The translations under genes were made by a program, and so were the position numbers. Under the pieces are notes generated by a model. The model saw only the letters and a list, made by a program, of their open reading frames with translations. It was not told the DNA's origin and did no database searches. From an uncultured Verrucomicrobiae bacterium (GTDB lineage: Bacteria > Verrucomicrobiota > Verrucomicrobiia > Chthoniobacterales > UBA10450): a stretch of DNA of 64,000 nucleotides. Where the stretch lies: positions 416,001 to 480,000 of the forward strand of contig CAVTMK010000002.1 in the NCBI GenBank assembly GCA_963735805.1, given 5' to 3'. Positions 1-8,898 of the stretch are shown here, in pieces (positions within the stretch are counted from its first letter, which is position 1; every line of letters starts with the position of its first letter).

Positions 1-615
1 GAACATCAGCGCCGCGTCGGGGATCCGAATTCCAAGCACGGCATCGCCGCCGATGTGCACGATGCTTGAAATGCGCACACCGGCTTGTCCAAGGTAATAT
101 CCGGTGCTTGAAGCCATTCCGCCGGAGCGGCTGATCACTCCCACTCCCTTTGGGACACCGGGTTTGAACCATTGGCGCGCACTTTCCGCGCGGCCTCCGA
201 TCATGCCGACCACGGCCTTCCCCGGACTCAATGCTCCAAGTGTGTTCGGCCCAAGAAACATTGCGCCATTTGCTTTTGCGGCGGCTGCGATTTCCATGGC
301 GTCCCACACTGGAACGCGATCGGGCACCAGCACGGTGAGTTTGATTCCCGCTTCAATCGCGGAAATCGCTGCCTCCTTGATGCCTGCCGCTGGCACGAAG
401 AGCACGGAGATATCGATGTTACCTAGCGAGTTTACGGCCTCCTGTGGCGTGTTAAACACAGGCACGCCGAGAACGGTCTGGCCGCCTTTGCCTGGGGTAA
501 CGCCGGCGACCACATTGGTTCCATACTCGCGCATCAGCCGTGTCCGCGCACGGCCTTCGCGTCCCGTGATCCCCTGCACCAGAACGCGTTTTTTCTCGTC
601 GATTAAGATTGCCAT
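1..615 (-). CDS. sucD: Succinyl-CoA synthetase alpha subunit-like (runs off the window start)
   Basis: Manual minus-strand translation from ATG at 615 gives MAILIDEKKRVLVQGITGREG...GVTPGKGG, the SucD CoA-binding N-terminus; immediately follows the sucC-like stop. Confidence 0.9.
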   Translation of the reverse strand, partial: MAILIDEKKRVLVQGITGREGRARTRLMREYGTNVVAGVTPGKGGQTVLGVPVFNTPQEAVNSLGNIDISVLFVPAAGIKEAAISAIEAGIKLTVLVPDRVPVWDAMEIAAAAKANGAMFLGPNTLGALSPGKAVVGMIGGRAESARQWFKPGVPKGVGVISRSGGMASSTGYYLGQAGVRISSIVHIGGDAVLGIRIPDAALMF

Positions 616-2151
616 TTAATGAGCGTCTCCGATCAGTTCGTTCAATCCGGGAATATCGAGTTCCAGATAGAACCCTTCAATTCCGGCAAGCCGACACTCG
701 ACGTCGCACGCGAGCAATTCGGAATCCTTAGTGGCGAATTCTTCGTCGGGCAGCGATGGCGCGGGGACGCCTTCTCGATCGATAATCAATCCACCGGAAT
801 GCGTTTCGATAGCACTGCGAATTTGTGGCCATTGCACGGTCTCAATCCAAAGACGGCCGTTTTTCACGGGAAAAGCAATCGTTGGAGAATCTTTGGTGAA
901 CCTGGGTGCACGTGGGATGCGCGGCTTCCATTTTCTGCCGCTGGCGGTCTCGACAAGTTCACCAAAGCGTGCGGCGATCGCGGCGGGCGTGTCGGTCTTG
1001 CGATAACCTTCGACCGGTGCGCGAAGTAGCTTGGACATGCGATGTAAGATGTCTACCGCGCGATCTTCTGTGTTTCCACCCAGACGAATCACCGCTGGAA
1101 TATCAAGATCCAGTTCCCAAAAAGCTTTGGCCAACCCGTACGCCGACCAATATTGCTCCTGGCTGGCGACGCCGGAACCGGAACCGAAATATCCGACGAG
1201 TTGCGGCTGAGCCAGAATGATTCGCGCGGCGCGGTAGACCTTGGACGCGGACGGATTGCCGCTGGTATCGGTGAAATTAGCGATGGTGAATCCTGCGTTC
1301 ACGATGGCGTCCATCGACATCATGGAACCACCGCCGCCGGCGCCATGAAACCCGGCGAGACCTTTGGAGCCTTTGGGAGCGGCCGTCGCCAACTGTGCAA
1401 AATAAAATGTGCCGCGATGATCATTTTGTTCCACTGCATAAGCGACGCGTTCGAGAGCAGTCGGTGGATGATCGAATTCGCGCGCGATTTCTATTTCCAG
1501 TTCGGGATGACGCGCCACGGCGTAATCGTCAATCGTGATCCGGCAATCGGTTGCGAGAAACTCGCCCTTTTTGGTCAATACCAGCGGATTGATTTCCAAC
1601 GACCGCGCTTCCACGCTGCGCGCCGCCGCAAACAGGCTCCGGATCGCATCGGACAGTTGTTTGGCGTGGGCTGGTGAAAGTCCACTCGAACTGACAGCCT
1701 GGTCCACGGCGGAATCCAGAGGTCCTCGATTCACGTCGCAGGGGATGCGTCGTGTGGCGGCAGCGCGTTCTTCGATACCCGTGCCGCCGCCGGCGGCGAA
1801 GATGATCATCGGGGCGCGGGCGGCGTCATCAATGGCAAACGAAAGAAAGAATTCCCGGTCGATATCGATCTTTTCCTCAACAAGCACAGCTTCGACTGGA
1901 AACTGTCCAACTTTCATCGCCAGCATCCGCGTCGCGTGCTCGCGAACTTCATCTGTTTTTTTGGCGAACGCGACACCACCAATGCCGGCGCGGCCCGTCG
2001 TCCATGCTTGAATCTTGATGACGACTTCGCCGCCTAGCTTCGCCGCTGCCGCCATTGCCTCCTCAGCGGTTCGGGCTGGGCAGCCGCGTGGGATTTTGAA
2101 TCCGTTCGCGGCAAGAATGGCTTTGCCTTGATATTCGTGCAGTCGTGCCAT
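616..2151 (-). CDS. sucC: Succinyl-CoA synthetase beta subunit-like ATP-grasp ligase with C-terminal extension
   Basis: MARLHEYQGK start, GRAGIGGV, LEINPL and RLGGN motifs; 511 aa from ATG 2151. Confidence 0.8.
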   Translation of the reverse strand: MARLHEYQGKAILAANGFKIPRGCPARTAEEAMAAAAKLGGEVVIKIQAWTTGRAGIGGVAFAKKTDEVREHATRMLAMKVGQFPVEAVLVEEKIDIDREFFLSFAIDDAARAPMIIFAAGGGTGIEERAAATRRIPCDVNRGPLDSAVDQAVSSSGLSPAHAKQLSDAIRSLFAAARSVEARSLEINPLVLTKKGEFLATDCRITIDDYAVARHPELEIEIAREFDHPPTALERVAYAVEQNDHRGTFYFAQLATAAPKGSKGLAGFHGAGGGGSMMSMDAIVNAGFTIANFTDTSGNPSASKVYRAARIILAQPQLVGYFGSGSGVASQEQYWSAYGLAKAFWELDLDIPAVIRLGGNTEDRAVDILHRMSKLLRAPVEGYRKTDTPAAIAARFGELVETASGRKWKPRIPRAPRFTKDSPTIAFPVKNGRLWIETVQWPQIRSAIETHSGGLIIDREGVPAPSLPDEEFATKDSELLACDVECRLAGIEGFYLELDIPGLNELIGDAH

Positions 2152-2309
2152 GGGCGTGTGGTATTTCGGATAAAAACGTCCAACGTTCAACCCGCCTTCG
2201 CACGAAACTGCGGCGTGCCGGGAGTCCGACTGATTCCAGGTTTGCGCTCGACTCTCGTTAGCCTGCTTGAGAGTATCCCCCGCGTCGGGGCATTTCCATG
2301 TGAATCCAT

Positions 2310-2900
2310 ATGCCTGCCGAGGTTAAAAAAGAAATTCAACTGGAAATCGGGCACGTTCTCTTCATCGACATCGTCGGTTACTCGAAGCTCTCTGTTAACG
2401 AGCAACACGCGAGAATTGAAGAACTCAACGAGATTGTTCGTTCATCCGAGCAATTCCGGAAGGCTGAAGCGGCAAGCCGAATTTTAAGGATCCCTACCGG
2501 CGACGGCATGGCGCTGGTGTTTTACAAGAGCCCGGAGGAACCGGCGCAGTGTGCGTTTGAGATCAGTCGCGCGCTTAAAGAGCATCCTCGCCTGGAAATT
2601 CGCATGGGCATTCACAGTGGGCCGGTCAGCGGTGTTTTGGACGTGACCGAGCGGACGAATGTGGCCGGCGCTGGTATCAACATCGCCCGGCGCGTGATGG
2701 ATTGTGGCGACGCCGGACATATTCTTCTTTCACATCATGTGGCCGAGGATTTGGAAAATTACGAACGCTGGCGACCATGCCTCCACGACCTCGGCCAGTG
2801 CGAAGTAAAACACGGCGTCCGTGTCCACGTAACCAATCTCTATTCGAACGAAGTTGGCAATCCGCAGCTCCCAGAAAAGTTCCAGGCACTGAGAAAACAT
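2310..2900 (+). pseudogene. Class III adenylate/guanylate cyclase domain, truncated after the cyclase domain
   Basis: LFIDIVGYS, TGDG, RMGIHSGPV and GINIARRV motifs; recognisable sequence ends at KFQALRKH (~2900), then the frame runs on through GIY-YIG-coding DNA to a stop at 3065. Confidence 0.8.
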
Positions 2901-3171
2901 TACGAACAGGAACCATTCGGTTCTCTACATCGGGGTGACGAACCGCCTCTCTCGCCGAACTTACGAGCACCGCGAAGGTGCCAAGGTGGGGTTCGCAGCC
3001 AAATATCGGTGCAAAAACCTGATCTATTACGAACATTATCGCGACATCCGCGACGCGATCGCTAGAGAATCGCAATTGAAGAAATGGTCGCGAGCGAAGA
3101 AAATCGGCCTGATCAATCGATTGAACCCACGTTGGGAAGACCTTGGTGCTGACGTGTTACATGACAGATAA
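2898..3171 (+). pseudogene. Small GIY-YIG nuclease, 5'-truncated
   Basis: Frame reads ITNRNHSVLYIGVTNRLSRRTYEHREG...YYEHY...AIARESQLKKWSRAKKIGLINRLNPRWEDL; the first (GIY-equivalent) strand and start codon are missing. Confidence 0.8.
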
Positions 3172-3177
3172 AATCAA

Positions 3178-3216
3178 GAGATTTCTCGACTGCGCTTCGC
3201 TACGCTCGAAATGACA
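3178..3216 (-). repeat. TGTCA-type palindromic repeat directly downstream of GIY-YIG
   Basis: Reverse complement tgtcatttcgagcgtagcgaagcgcagtcgagaaatctc resembles the copies at 16932-16960 and 40221-40248. Confidence 0.75.
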
Positions 3217-3431
3217 GAACGCGCGATTGGAATGGAAACGCGTATTGCGCCCGCGAGATGCTGCCGAAGGCGACACGCTTGATCTTCATGCTGAGCCTTA
3301 TCCGTGCTTTCCGTTTAATCCTCGCCACGGCGAGCAGGCTGTGGTTCTTTTCAGACTTTGAAAAATCGTTGCTTCGCTCTCTCCGAAAGAGGCGGAACAC
3401 TGATGCAAGAATCCGAAAATCGAAAAGTTTC

Positions 3432-4247
3432 TTATCCACCGACAGCCTGATAATGGCCGAGGCCGCGTTTCCACATGAAGTTTGCCCAGGCCCACGCAAG
3501 GAACAGCCAAGCGGTCTGGATCACCAACGCTTGCACGAGGTCAGCGCCTTTCAATCGGCCGAGAAAGATCGCGACTGGACAAAACAGCTCATAATAAAAC
3601 GGCAGCCACTTCATCACGGCCTGGACTGCAGCTGGCATGATGTCGATGGGAAACATCTGGCCACCGAGGAAGTATTCGAACGAGTAAACAATGAAAACGA
3701 TGGTGGAGATTTCCAGAATCCAAAACGCCATCATCGCCAGGCTGTAAGTGATAAAGAATTGAATGAATGCCGCCATTAACATCGACACCGTGGCAAGCAC
3801 ATAGACCAGCGGATCGGCAGGCAACACGATGTACTCGCGGAAATAAATAAAGATTAACGCGATTGGCGGAAGGGTGACGAAGGTGTAAACGAGGCGGCCA
3901 CTAAGAAAGATGCTAAAACGGTATGCGAGATAACTCATTGGCTTGGTCAGAAGCGCATTGATCTGGCCTTCGCGAATATCGGCAGCGATCTGCCACTCAT
4001 CCTCCGTTGGTGAGACCAGGTTGCTGACAAGAATCGTGAGCAAGTAGTAATAAATCATCGAGCCGTAGTCGTAGCCGTGCAGCCCGCCGCCGCGCTCCTT
4101 GAACACCGCGGCCCAAAGAAACACCGTGCCAGCCAGCGGAATCAGGCCAAACAGCGCGCGCAGAAAATAATTCCACCGGTAAACGAACGTGTTCTGCAGT
4201 CCGATGTTAAAGACCGAGAGGTATTTTTCGATCTGTCCCGTGCTCAT
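3432..4247 (-). CDS. ABC-2 type transporter permease (DUF990-like)
   Basis: Multi-TM protein with IREGQINALLTKPMS and LGGQMFPIDIMP motifs. Confidence 0.85.
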   Translation of the reverse strand: MSTGQIEKYLSVFNIGLQNTFVYRWNYFLRALFGLIPLAGTVFLWAAVFKERGGGLHGYDYGSMIYYYLLTILVSNLVSPTEDEWQIAADIREGQINALLTKPMSYLAYRFSIFLSGRLVYTFVTLPPIALIFIYFREYIVLPADPLVYVLATVSMLMAAFIQFFITYSLAMMAFWILEISTIVFIVYSFEYFLGGQMFPIDIMPAAVQAVMKWLPFYYELFCPVAIFLGRLKGADLVQALVIQTAWLFLAWAWANFMWKRGLGHYQAVGG

Positions 4248-5125
4248 CAGGATGACTTGGTGGTTAGTTCTACGGCCAGATCGATCGCTGCGATCATGCT
4301 GTCGGGACGCGCAATTTCTTTGCCGGCAAGTTCAAACGCCGTGCCGTGATCGGGACTGGTGCGAGGAAACGGAAGGCCGAGCGTCACGTTTACGCCTTCG
4401 TCAAAGGCGTGAAGTTTCAGCGGGATCAATCCCTGATCGTGATACATGCAAAGCACCGCATCGAATTCGCCTTCAATTGCGCGATGAAAAACTGTGTCGG
4501 GGGAAAGCGGGCCAACGATTCTCGATTCTCCATTCTCGATTCTCGATTGAAGCTCGGACACTGCGGGACTTATGACTTCAATTTCCTCCCGGCCAAGCTT
4601 GCCGGATTCGCCGGCATGCGGGTTCAGCCCGGCGACGGCGATGCGAGGCTCGGTTAGGGATCGTGAACAAAGGAAATCTGCGAGTAAAAGACCGACCCGG
4701 ACGATCTCCGATTGCTTGAGCCCGTTTGCGACTTTGCGCAGCGGAAGATGGGCCGTGACAAGCGCGACGGTGATTTTTCCGCCGGTCAGACACATCGCGA
4801 AATTCTTGACGCCGCAGCGCTCCGCAAAAAATTCCGTTTGGCCCGGGAACCTGAAACCGACTTCGTACATCCGGGCTTTGTGGATTGGGGCGGTTACAAT
4901 TGCATCGAGCTCACCGCGACGCGCCAGGGTGACCGCTTCTTCAAGTGCGACTGCGGCGGCACGCGCAGTTTCCTGCGTTGGCTGTCCGGGCTGGCAATCA
5001 GGATATTTACCGACAACCTCGTATTCGGCTGTTTTCGGGAGCCGGCCAGATTTGAGCGCGAAATCGACAATCTCCGGTCCTATCCCGGCGCAATCGCCAA
5101 GCGTGATGCCAATGCGAGGCTGCAT
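4247..5125 (-). CDS. pdxA: 4-hydroxythreonine-4-phosphate dehydrogenase
   Basis: GDCAGIGPE, TAPIHK, GLNPHAGE, MYHDQGLIPLK and RTSPDHGTAF motifs. Confidence 0.95.
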   Translation of the reverse strand: MQPRIGITLGDCAGIGPEIVDFALKSGRLPKTAEYEVVGKYPDCQPGQPTQETARAAAVALEEAVTLARRGELDAIVTAPIHKARMYEVGFRFPGQTEFFAERCGVKNFAMCLTGGKITVALVTAHLPLRKVANGLKQSEIVRVGLLLADFLCSRSLTEPRIAVAGLNPHAGESGKLGREEIEVISPAVSELQSRIENGESRIVGPLSPDTVFHRAIEGEFDAVLCMYHDQGLIPLKLHAFDEGVNVTLGLPFPRTSPDHGTAFELAGKEIARPDSMIAAIDLAVELTTKSS

Positions 5126-5315
5126 GGCGCATCTTCATCAACAGATCGCCGCGTAGCAAGCGCGGGTGATTACGGTCATTACAAGTGCACATTATTCGAC
5201 CGCGTTTCGGAGTGCTGGGTGCCCGGCCTTTTTCAACCTTGGAAAATTGCGTCCGCTGTTTTGTGCGAAGATGCCGTTGATTTTCCCCGCACTTTAAGGA
5301 AAACTGCTTGCCGGT

Positions 5316-7253
5316 ATGCAGCAGGTTACCGCGTTCTCAAGTCCGCAAACTGTCCCTAGTGCGCCTGCGGCCGCGCGAAAGCCGGGTTTGTGGATTTTAG
5401 ACAGCTGGCGCGATTTGGTTCTGTATGTCTGCACGCCGCTTTTGATAGTGCCGATCTTTCTGGTGGCACAGGCGCGTTGGAGTGCGCAGGACATTTACCT
5501 TTTTGTCGCGGCATTTGGCGCGATGGGTCACCATCTGCCAGGGATGATTCGCGCCTACGGGGATCGGGCGTTGTTCCAACGCTTCAAGTGGCGCTTTCTT
5601 TTTGCACCGGCTTTTTTAGTGCTGGTTTGCGTGGCGTTTTCCTTGTGGAATTTGCAGGGCATTGTGCTGGTTGCTTTTGTGTGGGGCGTTTGGCACGGCA
5701 TGATGCAGACGTATGGGTTCTGTCGTATTTATGACGCGAAAGTTGGTTCATTCGCTCAACTGACGCGGCGCCTCGATTTCGCATTGTGCGGGATTTGGTT
5801 TGCCACTGCGGTCCTTCTGTCGCCGCAGCGAATGACCGACACACTGGAGACCTATTATTCTGCTGGTGGACCTTTCATTCCGCCCGCGCTGCTCCGAACT
5901 GCACAGCAAGGATTGCTAGCGGTGGCATTGATTGTTGCGGGATTGTTCCTGGCAAATTATGTCCGGTCGTGGGTTCGGGGACAGCGACCAAGCCCGGTAA
6001 AGCTGGTGCTTCTTTTCACAAGCATCACTTTTTGGTGGTACTGCAACAACATCGTCGCCAGCGTTCTGGTGGGCGTCGCGTTGTTCGAAGTTTTCCACGA
6101 TGTCCAGTATCTCTCGCTTGTTTGGATTTATAATCGCAAGCGGGTCGAGTCAGACAACTCCATCGGCGGATTCATGCGTTTCGTGTTCCGTCGCAGTGGC
6201 TCGCTCGTGGGCCTATACGTAGGATTGATTTTCGCCTACGGAGCGCTGGGCTATTTCAAATCGAGTGTTGGTGTCGATTCGGTCAAAACCATTCTCACCG
6301 GCGTTGTCACTGCCTCCGCTTTGCTGCATTTTTATTACGACGGATTCATTTGGAAGGTGCGGGAGAAATCTACCCGGCAATCTCTCGGTATCACTGGCGG
6401 CACAATCGACGTTTCCTCGGGTGGTTTTCTTCCTGGGTGGGCATTGCACGGCGCGAAATGGGTAGGCGTCTTTGTCATTCCGTTGGGAGCGCTTTGGCTT
6501 GGACAAACACACACGTTCCGGAGCGAACTTGATCGCGTCGCCATGATCGCCGCGGATCTTCCCACCAGTGCGCGGGCCCATCTTAATCACGCAACTGCTT
6601 TGCAGGACGCCGGCCGAGTCGATGAAGCGGCTGAGGCTTTCTCCAATTCGCTGCGCCTAAATCCCGATTCAGCCAAGGCGCATGCCGGTCTCGCGACCAT
6701 TCTGATTGGCAAGGGGGAATTGGACGACGCGCACAAGCATTATGAAATGGCGCTGAAGATGGAACCTGACAACGCCGAGTACCACTCAGGTTACGCTTAC
6801 CTGCTGGAGCAAATGGGCCACGATGACCAGGCCGCAACGGAATGCGAGGCGGCAATCCGCCTGGCCCCGAAATCTGCACAAGCCCATTATAGCTATGGTG
6901 CCTTTCTGGAAAAACACGGCAAATCCGAGGAGGCCATCGCACAATATCGGGAGGCAGTCCGGGCCGATCCTCGTCTTGTCGATCCTCAAATAGATCTCGG
7001 AACTGCGCTGTTGGAAAAAGGCGATCTGTCAGAAGCAAAGGTGCATTTACAACAGGCGTGCAAGCTCGATCCAAAACTCGCTCAGCCGCATAATTACCTG
7101 GGAAAAATTTTCATGCGCGAAGGCAATATTCCCGGCGCGATTGCGGAATTCGAAGAGGCGTTACGTCTGCATCCCGATTTCCCGGAAGCCGAGGAAAACC
7201 TGCGTATGGCCAAGTCAAACGACGCGGGGTCTTTGACGTTATCGCCAAGGTAG
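5316..7253 (+). CDS. Polytopic membrane protein with conserved His motifs fused to a C-terminal TPR array
   Basis: About 10 hydrophobic segments with GHH, WHGMMQ, FHDVQY and LHFYYDG motifs; about 6 TPR repeats after aa ~415. Confidence 0.8.
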   Translation: MQQVTAFSSPQTVPSAPAAARKPGLWILDSWRDLVLYVCTPLLIVPIFLVAQARWSAQDIYLFVAAFGAMGHHLPGMIRAYGDRALFQRFKWRFLFAPAFLVLVCVAFSLWNLQGIVLVAFVWGVWHGMMQTYGFCRIYDAKVGSFAQLTRRLDFALCGIWFATAVLLSPQRMTDTLETYYSAGGPFIPPALLRTAQQGLLAVALIVAGLFLANYVRSWVRGQRPSPVKLVLLFTSITFWWYCNNIVASVLVGVALFEVFHDVQYLSLVWIYNRKRVESDNSIGGFMRFVFRRSGSLVGLYVGLIFAYGALGYFKSSVGVDSVKTILTGVVTASALLHFYYDGFIWKVREKSTRQSLGITGGTIDVSSGGFLPGWALHGAKWVGVFVIPLGALWLGQTHTFRSELDRVAMIAADLPTSARAHLNHATALQDAGRVDEAAEAFSNSLRLNPDSAKAHAGLATILIGKGELDDAHKHYEMALKMEPDNAEYHSGYAYLLEQMGHDDQAATECEAAIRLAPKSAQAHYSYGAFLEKHGKSEEAIAQYREAVRADPRLVDPQIDLGTALLEKGDLSEAKVHLQQACKLDPKLAQPHNYLGKIFMREGNIPGAIAEFEEALRLHPDFPEAEENLRMAKSNDAGSLTLSPR

Positions 7254-7289
7254 AATTCGGCAATTTCGAAGCCGCTCCTTAGAATGGCA

Positions 7290-7727
7290 TTACCATGGCG
7301 GCCGCGACAAGTAATCATCGAATCGACCGTCTTGAATCTGCGAGACAAGGCGGCGGAACGGTTCACGGGTGATCATGCATCCCCGCGCGACTTCAACATT
7401 ATCGTTAGGGCCCGCCAGCGAATCCAAGACCTTCTGGTACGCGGCACGATCGCAGCGCCGCAGGCCAACGAGAATGTAGAGTTTGCCCGCCGGCGTTGCA
7501 TCGGCCACCGCGCCTTGTAACTGCTGCGAGGCATCCGGCTTCTGTAGAACGGTTCGCAAATTCCGCTCGCCCTGAGACATGAGTCCGGCGACACCAATGC
7601 CGCCGAATGCGAACAATTTTTCCGTAGCAAGGTCACGCGGCGCTGAATTCTCGGACGCAGCTGCTACTGAAACATCAAGCTGCGCTAGGATTGTTCCGGC
7701 AATGAGGCTGAGAACGGATGTCTTCAC
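7290..7727 (-). CDS. Hypothetical secreted protein
   Basis: Probable GTG start at 7727, signal-like N-terminus (VKTSVLSLIAGTILA...AAA), FAFGGIGVAG motif. Confidence 0.6.
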   Translation of the reverse strand: MKTSVLSLIAGTILAQLDVSVAAASENSAPRDLATEKLFAFGGIGVAGLMSQGERNLRTVLQKPDASQQLQGAVADATPAGKLYILVGLRRCDRAAYQKVLDSLAGPNDNVEVARGCMITREPFRRLVSQIQDGRFDDYLSRPPW

Positions 7728-7908
7728 CTGGCAACGGCGCGGCGCTTGTTCATAAAGCAAGAATTAGACGAATATTCGCGCTGTAACGCGAACATTTTCT
7801 CGCGGAAGGATTCGATCACGATTGGGACCACCAGCCTTCGCGAGGGCTTCGGCCCGACAGATGAGTTAACATCCAGGCGCGAAACGCCCAAGATCGAAAC
7901 ATCCGACT

Positions 7909-8898
7909 TTAAAAAGTCCGGATATAAGCTTTCTCGCGGAGAGTGGCGATCCAGCGATCCTGAATTTGCGCCGCTTCGTCCTGGATCAATTTCTTCTCGA
8001 TATCGGCGCGGGCTTCAGCCAGCGATTTCGTCGTTCCACCACGTTTATCCTCGACCTTCAAAATGTAGTAATTGCCGGCATAATCGATGATGCTGCTGAT
8101 TCTGCCGATCGGCATGTTGAAGGCGAATTTTTCCAATGCGGGCGCCAGCGTGTTGCGTCCGATCCAGCCCCAGTCGCCGCCGTTCTCGCGCGTGCTGTCT
8201 TCAGAATAAACCTGCGCTGTTTGTTCAAATTCGCCGCCGCTGGCAAGTTTGCCGAGCACTTCTTCGGCCAATGATTTTTGCGCCTGGGCGTTCCCGGTGT
8301 CCTTCTGGCCAGAGATCATGATCATCCGCAGTTTGATCTCCTCCTTGCTTGAAAATTCTTCGCGATGCTTCCTGTAGTATTCTTCAATTTTTGTTGGGGA
8401 AGCAATCATTTGTGCCTTGACGTTGTGGCTGCGCATCGCCTGCACCATGATTCTTTCCAGTTCCTTTTCTTTGAATTCGCCCAGCGAATAATTCTGCGCC
8501 TCGAGCGTCTTGATAAATGTATTGCGATCGCCGCCAAAATTCTCTCGAATGATGTCGTGCACTCGCTGATCCACAACATGATCGGGGATTTGATAGCTTT
8601 CCTTCTTGAACGCCTGGATGATAAGCCGTCGATCGATCAAATCTTTTAAAGCAAGCTGCCGCCCTTCCTTGATCTTGTTTTCCAAGTCCTGACCGGTGAA
8701 TTGCGATCGCAACAGCCTTTCGCGCGGCCCGGATAACTGACGTACTTGCGAGTATGTGATTACGTCGCCATTTACAATCGCAGCGATGCCGTCCACCTGT
8801 TGCGGCTCCTGAGCAAATGCAGCGCAACAGATGGGCAAAAGAGGAAGCCCAAAGACTGCCAGCAATACGACGGCAAATGGACGCACGAAGTTTCTCAT
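7909..8898 (-). CDS. SurA/PpiC-type peptidyl-prolyl isomerase chaperone
   Basis: Signal peptide, DGIAAIVNGDVIT SurA N-terminus, YSED...GGDWGW parvulin motif; 4-nt overlap with mfd. Confidence 0.9.
   Translation of the reverse strand: MRNFVRPFAVVLLAVFGLPLLPICCAAFAQEPQQVDGIAAIVNGDVITYSQVRQLSGPRERLLRSQFTGQDLENKIKEGRQLALKDLIDRRLIIQAFKKESYQIPDHVVDQRVHDIIRENFGGDRNTFIKTLEAQNYSLGEFKEKELERIMVQAMRSHNVKAQMIASPTKIEEYYRKHREEFSSKEEIKLRMIMISGQKDTGNAQAQKSLAEEVLGKLASGGEFEQTAQVYSEDSTRENGGDWGWIGRNTLAPALEKFAFNMPIGRISSIIDYAGNYYILKVEDKRGGTTKSLAEARADIEKKLIQDEAAQIQDRWIATLREKAYIRTF

Noticed and set aside
3200..3510. Short ORFs 3200-3499, 3258-3779 and 3298-3510
   Set aside because: They overlap repeat debris and the ABC permease gene and show no coherent protein features.
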